Shown here piece by piece: positions 10,460-20,397 of a DNA stretch of 64,000 nucleotides. Within the stretch, counting starts at the first letter, position 1; every line of letters begins with the position of its first letter. The translations under genes were made by a program, and so were the position numbers. The notes beneath the pieces were generated by a model. That model saw nothing but the letters and a program-made list of their open reading frames with translations, was not told where the DNA came from and searched no databases. Source of the DNA: an uncultured Gammaproteobacteria bacterium (lineage in GTDB: Bacteria; Patescibacteriota; Microgenomatia; Levybacterales; UBA12049); the NCBI GenBank assembly GCA_964637955.1, contig CAZWXQ010000003.1:223154-287153 (forward strand), read 5' to 3'.

Positions 10460-11214
10460 TAACAGCAATTGTGCTTACAAAAGACGAAGAGAAAAATATT
10501 GTAGATTGCATTGATGGTTTAGGATTTTGCTCAGAAATTATCATCATCGATGATTACTCGATTGATAAGACATTTGAAATAATTGAAAATTTGTCTTTAA
10601 AAAATAAGAAATTAAAAGTCTTTAAAAGACAACTTGATAATGATTTTTCAGAGCAAAGAAGATTTGGGATTGGAAAGAGTAGTAATGATTGGATTTTTTT
10701 CGTTGATGCAGATGAAAGGATAACTCCAGAACTTGCTACGGAAATAAAAGAAAATTTAACAGTAGATAATAGGTATGGAGGATATCTAATTCCTAGACAC
10801 GATTTTATGTGGGGAAAAAGTCTAGATCATGGGGAGACAGGGAATATAAAGCTATTAAGACTTTTTAACAAAAATAATGGAAAGCTTGAAGGGAAAGTTC
10901 ATGAAATATGGGTTACAAAAAAAGATGTTGGGAGATTAATAAATCCTATTTTGCATTATCCACATCCTACAGTCAGTGAATTTTTAAGAGAAATTAATTT
11001 TTATACAGATCTTCGGGCAAAAGAGCTGTACGATAAGAAAGTTAAAGTAAACGCATTTTCTATAATTCTATATCCCTGTGCTAAATTTATAAGAAATTTT
11101 ATTTTTAAGAGAGGATTTTTAGATGGAGTTGCTGGATTAGTCCATGCAATTTTAATGAGCTTTCACTCCTTTCTTGTTCGTGGAAAGCTTTGGTTTCTTT
11201 GGCAAGATAAATAG
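10456..11214 (+). CDS. GT2-family glycosyltransferase
   Basis: AIVLTKDEEKNIVDCIDGL...EIIIIDDYSIDKT matches GT2 motifs. A 4-nt ATGA overlap with the upstream gene suggests translational coupling. Confidence 0.7.
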   Translation: MITAIVLTKDEEKNIVDCIDGLGFCSEIIIIDDYSIDKTFEIIENLSLKNKKLKVFKRQLDNDFSEQRRFGIGKSSNDWIFFVDADERITPELATEIKENLTVDNRYGGYLIPRHDFMWGKSLDHGETGNIKLLRLFNKNNGKLEGKVHEIWVTKKDVGRLINPILHYPHPTVSEFLREINFYTDLRAKELYDKKVKVNAFSIILYPCAKFIRNFIFKRGFLDGVAGLVHAILMSFHSFLVRGKLWFLWQDK

Positions 11215-12216
11215 ACTTTTATATTTATCAAAAAAAATAGATATTGCTAAACAAACTGCAGGGAGAACTGGGAGCATATATCTTGAAAAATTTTCGATTA
11301 GAGTAAAAGGTGAAAGAGAAAAAACAAAAATTAATGAAAATAACATCCAATAAAAACAAAATTTAATTAATCTGTCTTTTTTTCTAAATTTATAAAGGAA
11401 AAATAAAGCAAAGAAATTTAAAATTAAGTAAATCGAACCTGACAGGAAAATGCGGTATTGTCCCCAATCTAAAGTTCTATATAGGTCATGAAATATTTGA
11501 ATAAAACCTATTCTTACAACTCCATAATTCTGGTCAAGATTTTTAAATTGGATAAGTAGGTCATCTTTCCCAAAAATTAAAAAATTATAAACAATAAGAA
11601 GTGAAGAAGTTAGTGCAAATCCAATCAGGACTCTACTAATTTCTTTATATTTTTTTTCAAAAAATAAAATTATAAATGTAGCCAGTAAAAAACATCCCGA
11701 GATTATCCTTACGTTAAATGCAATTCCTATGATGAGTCCTGAAGTAAAATAATTTTTCTTTATAAAAAAATAAAGAGAGGAAAGAAGTAAAAAGGTTGTT
11801 AATGGTTCGCTTGATGCTTTGGAAGTTTGCATAAGCCATACAGGAGGAAAAAATGCAAACAAGAAATTTATAAAAACATTTTTGAAAATTTTCCACATTA
11901 AATAAAATGAGATCGCAAAAATAACTAGATTTAAAATTATGCCAATTGCTATAATTTGATTAATTAGGTAAGTGAAAGGCAGAATTATTAACAAGTATCC
12001 TGGGAAAAGTCGTTGGTCATAGGCACCGAAATTTGGATTATTTATAAATCCATTTTTTAAAGAGTTAATATAATATACATATCCTTCTTGTTCAAATGAA
12101 AAATTTGGGTTTTCTCTGTTAATTAAGATTAAAATTAATCGAATGCCTATCGCTAGAAGCAAGATGACAATTAGTGTTTTCTGAGTGTTTAATTCAGATT
12201 TTTTAATAATATCCAT
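11152..12216 (-). CDS. Polytopic membrane protein, putative GT-C-like glycosyltransferase or polymerase
   Basis: The 354 aa translation is dominated by hydrophobic helices. It lies within the glycan island. Confidence 0.45.
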   Translation of the reverse strand: MDIIKKSELNTQKTLIVILLLAIGIRLILILINRENPNFSFEQEGYVYYINSLKNGFINNPNFGAYDQRLFPGYLLIILPFTYLINQIIAIGIILNLVIFAISFYLMWKIFKNVFINFLFAFFPPVWLMQTSKASSEPLTTFLLLSSLYFFIKKNYFTSGLIIGIAFNVRIISGCFLLATFIILFFEKKYKEISRVLIGFALTSSLLIVYNFLIFGKDDLLIQFKNLDQNYGVVRIGFIQIFHDLYRTLDWGQYRIFLSGSIYLILNFFALFFLYKFRKKDRLIKFCFYWMLFSLIFVFSLSPFTLIENFSRYMLPVLPAVCLAISIFFDKYKSLFILPKKPKLSTNKKGVKAH

Positions 12217-12341
12217 ATAATCTTAAATGTTATAATAGCTTAAGTATAATTTAAAGTGACTAAAGCCGCATTTTTTTTCATATTCTGGAGTATTCTCATT
12301 TTAATCATCTATGTATATTTTCTGCTTTGTAGAGGAGGATT

Positions 12342-13919
12342 ATGTTTGCAATAGCAATTTTAATTGGTATTTACTCTTATATAATTTTTGCTCTTGGGAT
12401 AGTGGGATTTTTGTCTAAGATTCCAGTTTTGATTTCTACTATAATTTTTCTTTTTGGCGCTGCATTATATTTTAAAAAGCATAGGGAAGATCTTCCAAGA
12501 TTTCAAATTAAAAACCGAAAATTTAAACAACTATTTATTCTATTTTGTGTCTTCGCAGTCATAAATCTAGTCGGAGTATTAGGGCCTGAAATTTCTTTTG
12601 ATGCTTTGTGGTATCACCTGACCATTCCCAAAATCTTTATCGATGCACATAAAATATTTTTTATTGAAGGAAACATTTTTTATTATTCACTAATGCCAAA
12701 ACTTACGGAAATGCTTTATATTCCAGCATTAATGTTTGGTAATGAAAACCTTCCAAAGTTTATTCAATGGTCTTTTGGTATTCTAACAAGCATCGTTGTT
12801 TACAAGATTTCAAGAAAATATTTTGATGAAAAAGTTTCATTTTTTGCTGTGCTTATATTTTATGGAAGTTTGGTAGTGGCTTGGGAATCGACTGTAGCAT
12901 ATATAGATTTATCTCGAACTTTTTTTGAGGTGATGGGACTTCTTGGATTTATAAATTGGTATGAAACAAAAGATAGGAAATGGTTGGTGGAATCAGCAGT
13001 GATGGTAGGATTTGCAATGTCTACAAAAAATTTGGCGATTGGGAGTCTAGTAATTTATTTTGTTTTATTTTTATGTGCAGATAAAAATTATAAACAGATG
13101 ATAAAAAATGCGATATTATTTGTGCTCGTAGCAATATTAACAGCATTGCCTTGGTATCTCTATGCGTATATGTTTTCAGGAAATCCTATCTATCCATTTT
13201 TTGATAAGAGAATAGTTTATAATACTTCATCAGCAATTAATTTAATTACGTTTCCAAAAGAAGCGTTTGATTTTTTCTTAAAACTTGCAGATCCTATTTC
13301 TCCTCTATTTTTAATATTCTTACCGTTAATAATAATTTATTTTAGAAGATTTAATAAACCATTAAAATTAATCGCAATTTACTGCTTGGTAGCAATAATA
13401 ATTTGGTATATAACTCCACGTACTGGTGGAGGGAGATTTATTCTTCCTTATCTTCCTGCTTTTTCGGTGGTCGCAATCGCAGCAATAAGTGAGTTTAAAG
13501 ATAAAAGAATTAAAAAGTTTTCATATTTTTTAATTATTTTGGTATTTGTAATTAATTTGACTTATAGAGCAGTTGCAAATTCCAGATATATACCAGTCAT
13601 AATTGGAAAAGAGTCAAAAGATGAATTTTTAACCAAAAATTTAAATTTTAATTTCAGTGAATTTTATGACACAGATGGATTTTTTAAAGAGAATATAAAA
13701 AAAAATGATAGAGTACTTCTTTTCGGATTCCACAATCTTTATTACGCAGACTTTCCATTTGTAGACTCTTCATATATTAAAAAAGGTGAAGAGTTTAACT
13801 TCGTCGCGACCCAAAACTCTGAACTTCCAGAAAGATTTAAAAATTGGGATTTAATTTATGTTAATGATCTTACAAAAGTTAAAGTATATACTTTAGGAAG
13901 AATAAAATGGCACTACTAA
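12342..13919 (+). CDS. Polytopic membrane protein, putative GT-C-like glycosyltransferase
   Basis: A strong Shine-Dalgarno sequence GAGGAGG lies 6 nt upstream of the ATG. The 525 aa protein has about 12 TM segments and an acidic first-loop motif (ISFDALWYH). Confidence 0.45.
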   Translation: MFAIAILIGIYSYIIFALGIVGFLSKIPVLISTIIFLFGAALYFKKHREDLPRFQIKNRKFKQLFILFCVFAVINLVGVLGPEISFDALWYHLTIPKIFIDAHKIFFIEGNIFYYSLMPKLTEMLYIPALMFGNENLPKFIQWSFGILTSIVVYKISRKYFDEKVSFFAVLIFYGSLVVAWESTVAYIDLSRTFFEVMGLLGFINWYETKDRKWLVESAVMVGFAMSTKNLAIGSLVIYFVLFLCADKNYKQMIKNAILFVLVAILTALPWYLYAYMFSGNPIYPFFDKRIVYNTSSAINLITFPKEAFDFFLKLADPISPLFLIFLPLIIIYFRRFNKPLKLIAIYCLVAIIIWYITPRTGGGRFILPYLPAFSVVAIAAISEFKDKRIKKFSYFLIILVFVINLTYRAVANSRYIPVIIGKESKDEFLTKNLNFNFSEFYDTDGFFKENIKKNDRVLLFGFHNLYYADFPFVDSSYIKKGEEFNFVATQNSELPERFKNWDLIYVNDLTKVKVYTLGRIKWHY

Positions 13920-15103
13920 AATATTTGTTTCCAATACTTTTCTTGGCATTTTCTTTCGGAGAACTAGCGCGAATAAGACTTTTTGCATCAGTTAATTCAG
14001 GAATATTCGATCTAATATTAATTTCTATTCTAGGGATTTGGTTTTTATTTTCCAAAAAATCAAAATACACCCTTTTAAAACCACTTCTACTTTTTTCAGG
14101 TCTAGCACTTTTTTCTTTAGTTATTAATTTTGGAAAATTTCATGTTGATCAGATTTTTATTTCGTCACTTTATCTTGTCAGATTTATTTTATACTCGGGA
14201 ATTTATTTTGTCTTAGTTGATCTAGATAAAAAAAATATAAATCGCATTTCTTTTTATATGCTTTTTTCAGGTCTAGTAATAATAATTTTAGGTTTTCTTC
14301 AATATTTCTTTTACCCAAGCTTAAAAAATTTATACTATCTGGGATGGGATGATCATATGTACAGGTTGTTTTCCACTTTTCTTGACCCAAATTTTACCGG
14401 ATCATTTTTTGTTTTGTTTCTGGTGTTTGTATATATTCTCAAAGAAAAGTTATTTCCAAAAAAATACTTGTGGGCTTCATATCTTGTAATAGCTTTAAAT
14501 TTGATTGCGATAGTTCTGACATTTTCTAGAGGTGCTCTTTTAATGCTTCTAGTTTGCGTAGTTACATATTCCTTATTATCTAAAAACTGGAAAATTACTG
14601 GAGGAATCATTGTCGGATTTATTTTGGTATTCTTTATTCTTTCTCCTAAGTTTTATGTTGAGAATATGAATTTACTTCGCTTCGCTTCCACTGAAGCAAG
14701 AATTGAGTCAGCAAAAAGGGGATTATCTATTTGGCAGGAAAATCCGATGGGAGTAGGATTCAATACTTACAGATTCGCTCGCAAAGCTTATGAGCCCACA
14801 GATTGGACTAATTTTGGTCCAAGTCATGCTGGGAGTGGTATTGATAATAGTTTAATTTTGGTTCTTGCTACAGCGGGTTTTATGGGCTTTGGCGCGTATG
14901 TGTACCTGCTTTATAGGATATTTAAATTGGGTTATTCGAATATTCATGAGAAAGTTAAAGAAAATAAGTTTGCTTTAGTGCTTGTTATTTCGCTCGTTGG
15001 ACTTACGGTAAACAGTTTATTTATCAATAGCCTTTTTTATAGCTTTTTATTATTTTGGATTTTTGTTCTTGCTGGACTTACTGAGAATAGTTCACGTGAA
15101 TGA
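13907..15103 (+). CDS. O-antigen ligase / Wzy_C-domain glycan polymerase family protein
   Basis: It is multi-TM with the LTFSRGALLMLL motif typical of the Wzy_C domain. Length is 398 aa. Confidence 0.6.
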   Translation: MALLKYLFPILFLAFSFGELARIRLFASVNSGIFDLILISILGIWFLFSKKSKYTLLKPLLLFSGLALFSLVINFGKFHVDQIFISSLYLVRFILYSGIYFVLVDLDKKNINRISFYMLFSGLVIIILGFLQYFFYPSLKNLYYLGWDDHMYRLFSTFLDPNFTGSFFVLFLVFVYILKEKLFPKKYLWASYLVIALNLIAIVLTFSRGALLMLLVCVVTYSLLSKNWKITGGIIVGFILVFFILSPKFYVENMNLLRFASTEARIESAKRGLSIWQENPMGVGFNTYRFARKAYEPTDWTNFGPSHAGSGIDNSLILVLATAGFMGFGAYVYLLYRIFKLGYSNIHEKVKENKFALVLVISLVGLTVNSLFINSLFYSFLLFWIFVLAGLTENSSRE

Positions 15104-15890
15104 TTTTTTCAGTTGAATTTCCAGCTCCATCAGTAGAAACTACTTTGATTTCATTATCCCCACCTTTAAGAGTTAAGAAGTAAGACCATTCATTTTGGTT
15201 ATTAAGAATTGCTTGAAAATCATTGACGATTACGCTACTGTCGGGATCACTTTTTCCTTTTACTTCAATTGGATTTGCTCCTGAAATTTGTGCGCCATCA
15301 GAAGGAGAATCGATACTAAGCTCAGGTCCCTTTATTTTATAAGAAACTGTTTGAGAAGGTGAGAATTCGCTTTCAGAAGCGCCTTTAAGAGCTTTTGCTT
15401 TTATGATATTTTCGCCGTCAGTAAGTTCAATATTTGTTTCGAAATCACCATTTTCATCAGCTTTTACTTCTGCTTCTTTGCTACCATTTAAATAAACATA
15501 AACGGTGAGTCCTGAAATGGATGATCCTCCGATTCTCAAAAGCTTTTCTTTGGTTGCTTTGGGTAGTCCATCTAAATCTGGAGCTGAAACAAATTCTTTT
15601 TCAGTTTCCATAGTTTCTTTTTTATCAGGTGAGCTAGTAATTTTTCCAAATAAAAAGCTGGCATCACTAATAAGTGGTAATCCAAATTTGAATAGAAGTG
15701 CGAGAATAATAATTATTCCCAAGACACTAAAAATGAAAGTGTTTCTGGATTTTCTTTGAAAACTTTTATTTAGTCTTGATCTTTTTGGCATAGGTTCTTG
15801 ATTTGTTTTTGGAACATTACTGGAAGAAATATTTTCTTCTCCATCTATTCTAATATTAGCACTTTCGATAGGTGTTTGATTATCCGTCAT
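15078..15890 (-). CDS. Membrane-anchored surface protein with bacterial Ig-like repeats
   Basis: It has a basic N-terminal tail, one TM helix (FIFSVLGIIIILALLF), then two beta-rich repeats ending in DG(A)GN-type motifs. Confidence 0.45.
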   Translation of the reverse strand: MTDNQTPIESANIRIDGEENISSSNVPKTNQEPMPKRSRLNKSFQRKSRNTFIFSVLGIIIILALLFKFGLPLISDASFLFGKITSSPDKKETMETEKEFVSAPDLDGLPKATKEKLLRIGGSSISGLTVYVYLNGSKEAEVKADENGDFETNIELTDGENIIKAKALKGASESEFSPSQTVSYKIKGPELSIDSPSDGAQISGANPIEVKGKSDPDSSVIVNDFQAILNNQNEWSYFLTLKGGDNEIKVVSTDGAGNSTEKIIHVNYSQ

Positions 15891-16441
15891 TTTACATTTT
15901 TGTATTTAAGTATGTGGTCGTCGTATCCATTTTCAAGTTTAATGCCATTTGGAAATTTTCCTAAAACTTTATATCCGGCTTTCTCATACATTCGAACTGC
16001 TTTCTCATTACTTGCGAATGCAGTTAAAAATATTATTTCCAGGTCTGGTAGAGTTTCTATAGCCTCTTTTTCTATTTGATCCAGTAGAATTTTTCCAATT
16101 CCTTTTCCCCTGTAATCTTTAGCAATAGAAATTCCAAGTGTTCCGATATGCCTTTCAGTTCTTTTTCCAAGATCTATCGCAGAATTGCCAATTAGTTTAT
16201 TGTCCGCGAATACCAAAAGCATTACTGATTTTTTATTCAAAATTTGTTCTAATTTCGAATTTAAAAAAGAAATTTCAGTCTCTAAAGTCTCATGTTCGCC
16301 TTGATACGCGATAAATGTTCTTTCATCAGACAGAGTATTTATGTAATCTGTCATGACCTGGGCATCAGAAGAGTCTGGATATCTAATCAGAATTTCTATT
16401 CCTGTTTCTGTTTTGCCTTGAAATACTATTTTTGTATCCAT
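15887..16441 (-). CDS. GNAT-family N-acetyltransferase
   Basis: The acetyl-CoA binding motif A is LGISIAKDYRGKGIGKILL. Length is 184 aa. Confidence 0.75.
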   Translation of the reverse strand: MDTKIVFQGKTETGIEILIRYPDSSDAQVMTDYINTLSDERTFIAYQGEHETLETEISFLNSKLEQILNKKSVMLLVFADNKLIGNSAIDLGKRTERHIGTLGISIAKDYRGKGIGKILLDQIEKEAIETLPDLEIIFLTAFASNEKAVRMYEKAGYKVLGKFPNGIKLENGYDDHILKYKNVK

Positions 16442-16557
16442 ATTAATTAACTGATTGTAATTTATCTTTAACTACTATATTTATAGCCAGTAATTTTAGT
16501 GAGCCGAAGATGAAGATCGAACTCACGGCTTGCTCTTTATACCATTAAATTTTGTTG

Positions 16558-16629
16558 AGCCGTTTCTCGGGATTGAACCGAGGACCTACTCTTTACGAAA
16601 GAGTTGCTCTACCACTGAGCTAAAACGGC
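16558..16629 (-). tRNA. tRNA-Thr (anticodon CGU)
   Basis: The reverse complement folds as a cloverleaf. The acceptor is GCCGTTT/AAACGGC, the D-arm GCTC/GAGC, the anticodon stem ACTCT/AGAGT with loop TTCGTAA, and the T-arm CTCGG-TTCAATC-CCGAG. No CCA is encoded. Confidence 0.75.
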
Positions 16630-16681
16630 ACAGCTCGTTAATTTTACGTAAAAAAGTCCGAAAGGGCAAGAAAATCAACTA

Positions 16682-17920
16682 ATGTTGATTGACATTATAG
16701 GTTTTGATAAAATTCCGTCCATGAACATAGAAGCAGGTCCAAATATTGGTAGTTGGGAAAGTTACGGTGGGGGAGTTTTTAGAAGAGAATCAAGTTTCCC
16801 TGATGGTAAAAGAGTATTAGAGAAAAAGATTACGACTGGATTTAAAAAAGAGTCGAGGCAAGAAACTTATCCAGATGGAATGGAGAGATTTTCAAGTTTT
16901 ACTGACAGGGAAGAATTCCTTAAAAATATTGGAAGCGTTGCTTTACTTGAATCTATTGCTCCACCTGTAGAAATAAGATATCAATTTGACGGGACCCAAG
17001 TTTCACTATTTTTTTCTGATGATGGCCAAACACATATCTTGATGTCTTTTGGTGAGTTTGGTACTTCCTGGGTGAGTAGAAATCATTCTACTTTTATATA
17101 TGCGAATTATGATACTGAAGGTAAAATAGCGAATTTGTCATTAAAAACAGACGAGATTAAAGAAAAAATAGAGCATGAAGAATTTGATGATTCTTATGCT
17201 GCACTTCATGAGCTCATGTCATATATCGACCATGATCTAGATGAATATTCGGGTATAATACAGGGTGGTATTATTCATCTAAATGAGCAGATAGAAAGAT
17301 TTTCGAGTGATCAAAATACTCTAGATTTTCTGAGGGGCTTTAGCTCTATTCTTTACGAGAGAGTTTTAGATATGATTGATGACCCAATAGAACGAGAGAA
17401 AGCAGACGTAAAGCTTAAAAAAATTGGACTGGAAGATGATATTTTATATCGTTTGCTTGTAGAGGCAGACCCAGGAGAAACAATAAGTAGAAAGGCATTA
17501 GAGGATATAGAAAGTGGAGAATTTATAAAAGATATTATAAGTAGTTCAGTAGATGTTGCTTCAAGATCAAATCGTTTTTATTCGAAACGGAGAGTGTCGA
17601 TAAATGTGTCAAATGAGAATGAATTTACATATCGAGAAACAGAACTTGATTCAGAAAAAGAACTCGAGGGCTATGCGCTAGTAGCTGAAGATAAATTTGA
17701 GTGGGATGAAGTTATTAAAAGTCAGGATATGGAAATAAGTTTTAGTATAAACGAGAATATGCTTAAGATTTTATGGAAAAGAAGTGATAGGCAGGTGTAT
17801 ATGGCAGAGATTCCATATAAATTAACTGATAAAAATGCATATAAAATAGCGAAGGATCCAGATGCAGACTTCAGGGTAGTAAGAGATCTAATTCCAGCTA
17901 GTCTTCAAAAAGTAGTTTAA
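16682..17920 (+). CDS. Hypothetical acidic soluble protein
   Basis: It is a 412 aa ORF with no recognisable motif. An alternative leaderless start at 16721 (MNIEAG) sits 7 nt after a TTGATT-N17-TAAAAT promoter-like element. Confidence 0.5.
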   Translation: MLIDIIGFDKIPSMNIEAGPNIGSWESYGGGVFRRESSFPDGKRVLEKKITTGFKKESRQETYPDGMERFSSFTDREEFLKNIGSVALLESIAPPVEIRYQFDGTQVSLFFSDDGQTHILMSFGEFGTSWVSRNHSTFIYANYDTEGKIANLSLKTDEIKEKIEHEEFDDSYAALHELMSYIDHDLDEYSGIIQGGIIHLNEQIERFSSDQNTLDFLRGFSSILYERVLDMIDDPIEREKADVKLKKIGLEDDILYRLLVEADPGETISRKALEDIESGEFIKDIISSSVDVASRSNRFYSKRRVSINVSNENEFTYRETELDSEKELEGYALVAEDKFEWDEVIKSQDMEISFSINENMLKILWKRSDRQVYMAEIPYKLTDKNAYKIAKDPDADFRVVRDLIPASLQKVV

Positions 17921-17940
17921 TGCTATAATTTTAGGAATTC

Positions 17941-19146
17941 ATGAATAAGTCACTTTCTTGGTTTATTTCTCGCATCGCATTAATTATTTTTGCCTACATA
18001 ATTCTTTATTTTGGCCTGAATGGTTTGACTAGCACTTACAGAGAGGGTGATAGTATTAATTATCATATTCCGATCGCTGAAGCCTTTTTAAATGGAGACA
18101 TAGTTAATCCAGCAAATTTTCAAGCGGAAAGATTTCTCAAGTATTCACCTGGAAGTAGTGAGGCAGTTATAGCTGGATTAATGCTACTTAAGATTCCAAT
18201 AAATGTTTTTAATGTAATTGCAGTTATCGTTTTGTTTGGAGTTTGTTTCTTCACTGCTAGACGGTTTCTCATGGAAAAAGATTACGCGATAATTTTCGCA
18301 GGAAGTATAGTGACACTTCATACTATGACTCGATGGATAAATACCCAGGTTGTAGATATTTGGATAGCTATTTGGTTTTTTTTGGTTCTTGGTCTTTTAG
18401 AGAAGCCGGAAAAATCTATAAAGTATTTTTTATTCCTAGGTTTTGGAGCTGGAATGTTAATTGGATCCAAATATTCAGGGCCACTTTTTCTTTTGGTTTT
18501 AGGAATTTTTTATTTTAAGAAGATTCTAAAATTCATAAATTTAGAAAGAATAATAGCCTTTCTAATTCCATTTTCACTAGCAGGACTTACTTGGTATTTT
18601 AGAAACTTTTTAGTGACAGGAAATCCTATGTATCCTCAAGGATTTCTTATGTTTAAGGACGGAGGATTTAAAATTTTGAACATAAATGTTTGGCGGGCTA
18701 CATTTTTATATCCGAGCGGAATAAGTAACTTTATAAACGCCATAATTAGCGAGTTCGGCTTATGGTCAATTTCGATTTTTACTCCACTGTTATTGTTAAA
18801 TAAAAAAATCAGAAATACAAATTATGTAAGTTTGATTTTCATTGGAAGCTTCGTGTTTGCTATCTTCCTTTTTCTTCCATCAGATAGACATTATAATATA
18901 GCTGTATCAGTTTTCAGATATTCTTATCCAGCGTTTATTACATTTATTCTAGCGATATTTTTACTTGCTAAAAAGTTTAAAAAGGAAAATATACTTATTA
19001 TTTTCGCTCTCGCAAATATGATTATAATTCCAGAGCTAGCATATAGACCAAAATTAATTTTTTTACTTTTGCCAATAGTTTTTATAGTTTTTTATGAAGA
19101 TGAAGTGGTGAAATTTATTAAAGGTAAAGCTCGGCAAGTAAATTAA
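17941..19146 (+). CDS. Polytopic membrane protein, putative GT-C-like glycosyltransferase
   Basis: It is 401 aa with at least 9 TM helices and a first-loop YREGDSINYH acidic motif. It converges on the polyprenol-P sugar synthase gene. Confidence 0.45.
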   Translation: MNKSLSWFISRIALIIFAYIILYFGLNGLTSTYREGDSINYHIPIAEAFLNGDIVNPANFQAERFLKYSPGSSEAVIAGLMLLKIPINVFNVIAVIVLFGVCFFTARRFLMEKDYAIIFAGSIVTLHTMTRWINTQVVDIWIAIWFFLVLGLLEKPEKSIKYFLFLGFGAGMLIGSKYSGPLFLLVLGIFYFKKILKFINLERIIAFLIPFSLAGLTWYFRNFLVTGNPMYPQGFLMFKDGGFKILNINVWRATFLYPSGISNFINAIISEFGLWSISIFTPLLLLNKKIRNTNYVSLIFIGSFVFAIFLFLPSDRHYNIAVSVFRYSYPAFITFILAIFLLAKKFKKENILIIFALANMIIIPELAYRPKLIFLLLPIVFIVFYEDEVVKFIKGKARQVN

Positions 19147-19816
19147 AAATAAGTTTAATCCCAGTAATGGTATGAAGCTTACTCTTGCCCCATTTTCTGG
19201 CGTTTTCGCGAGTAGGAACTTCCATAAGTCTATATTTTTTCTTCAGGCATTTGACCACAAATTCCTGTTCTATATCAAAACCGTCTGCTTTAAGGTCTAG
19301 TTTTAGAGCCACAGATTTTTTGACAGCGCGAAAGCTAAAAAGCACATCGCTATAACCAGTGTTAAACCTTTTGTTTACCAGATAGGCAAGGAAATCTGCG
19401 CCGCCTGATCTGGCGATTCCCCAGAAGTCCATGTTTAGATCATAGCTTCCGCCAGTGCGCCTCGAACCAATCACGGCATCTGCTTTATCTTGAAAAAGGG
19501 GATTTAATAAAGAAGGAATTTCTTTTTCATTATGTGATCCATCAGCGTCAAAGAACAGAAGATATGGATTCTTGGCTTTTTTAATTCCAATGCGCACTGC
19601 GTCTCCGCGACCAACACCATTATCTAGAATATAGTGAGCTCCAAACTTCTTTGTAATTTCCTTCGTAGAGTCCGTAGAATGCCCATCAACGACGATTATT
19701 TCGCTTCCGTATGGCTTTACACTTTTCAGTATTCGAAGCAGCCCTTCGCCTTCATTACGTGCTGGGATAATTACTGTAACTTTTGATTTATTAAAACGAG
19801 TCGCTTTTGTTGCCAT
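19118..19816 (-). CDS. GT2 polyprenol-monophosphate sugar synthase (DPM1/GtrB-like)
   Basis: VTVIIPARNEGEGL...IIVVDGHSTDSTKEI matches this family. Length is 232 aa. Confidence 0.75.
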   Translation of the reverse strand: MATKATRFNKSKVTVIIPARNEGEGLLRILKSVKPYGSEIIVVDGHSTDSTKEITKKFGAHYILDNGVGRGDAVRIGIKKAKNPYLLFFDADGSHNEKEIPSLLNPLFQDKADAVIGSRRTGGSYDLNMDFWGIARSGGADFLAYLVNKRFNTGYSDVLFSFRAVKKSVALKLDLKADGFDIEQEFVVKCLKKKYRLMEVPTRENARKWGKSKLHTITGIKLIFNLLAELYL

Positions 19817-19868
19817 TACAAGCTATTCTATGAAATTTAAATCAAAAGGGCAATATAAGTTTTGATGT

Positions 19869-19877
19869 TGATATAAT
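19869..19877 (+). promoter_or_regulatory. Extended -10 promoter element (TGaTATAAT) 4 nt upstream of the ATG-ATG start
   Basis: TGATATAAT spans 19869-19877. The ORF starts at 19882/19885. This implies a leaderless transcript. Confidence 0.4.
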
Positions 19878-19881
19878 ACAC

Positions 19882-20397
19882 ATGATGAACAAGCAGAAGA
19901 CTGCATACTTGAATATTTGGGAATATCCATCAAGGCTTGATGATCCAATTCATTGGTATGCTAAAGCTTGGAGTTATGCTTCTACCTCTCACTATCTAAT
20001 GGTTCATTTTGAAAATATAAAAGATGGCGAAAAGCTAGAGGATGTAGGTCATTTATTTAACGCTATTCAAGCAGTACCTTTTATAACAGGAATAGCAATA
20101 GAATTATTTATGAAAGGTTATCTTGTGTTTCAAGGTGTCGATTCTGATGAGCTAATGAGTGAGTACAGGCATAATCTTAAAAAAATTCGACAAAAATGCT
20201 GCACATACGATGATAAAAGATTTTTAAATCGCGAATTGATATTCTTCACTGATAAGCTTGGAGAGCAAATAATGAGTAAAGGGGGAATTAGATATCCTGA
20301 TAAGCTCAATACTGGCGTATACTTTGAAGATTTTAATATTGCTTTAATTACTTTAGAAAAAATTACTACAGAAATTTCTTCTGACGTAGTTAAATAA
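19882..20397 (+). CDS. Hypothetical protein
   Basis: It is a 171 aa ORF with higher GC than the flanks. It has its own promoter and no recognisable domain. Confidence 0.5.
   Translation: MMNKQKTAYLNIWEYPSRLDDPIHWYAKAWSYASTSHYLMVHFENIKDGEKLEDVGHLFNAIQAVPFITGIAIELFMKGYLVFQGVDSDELMSEYRHNLKKIRQKCCTYDDKRFLNRELIFFTDKLGEQIMSKGGIRYPDKLNTGVYFEDFNIALITLEKITTEISSDVVK

Noticed and set aside
16498-16540. Possible second tRNA next to tRNA-Thr
   Set aside because: Only a T-loop-like GTTCGATC and a 5-bp outer stem are present. There is no acceptor 5' strand, D-arm or anticodon arm, and G53-C61 would be G-T. It is kept only as a possible remnant.
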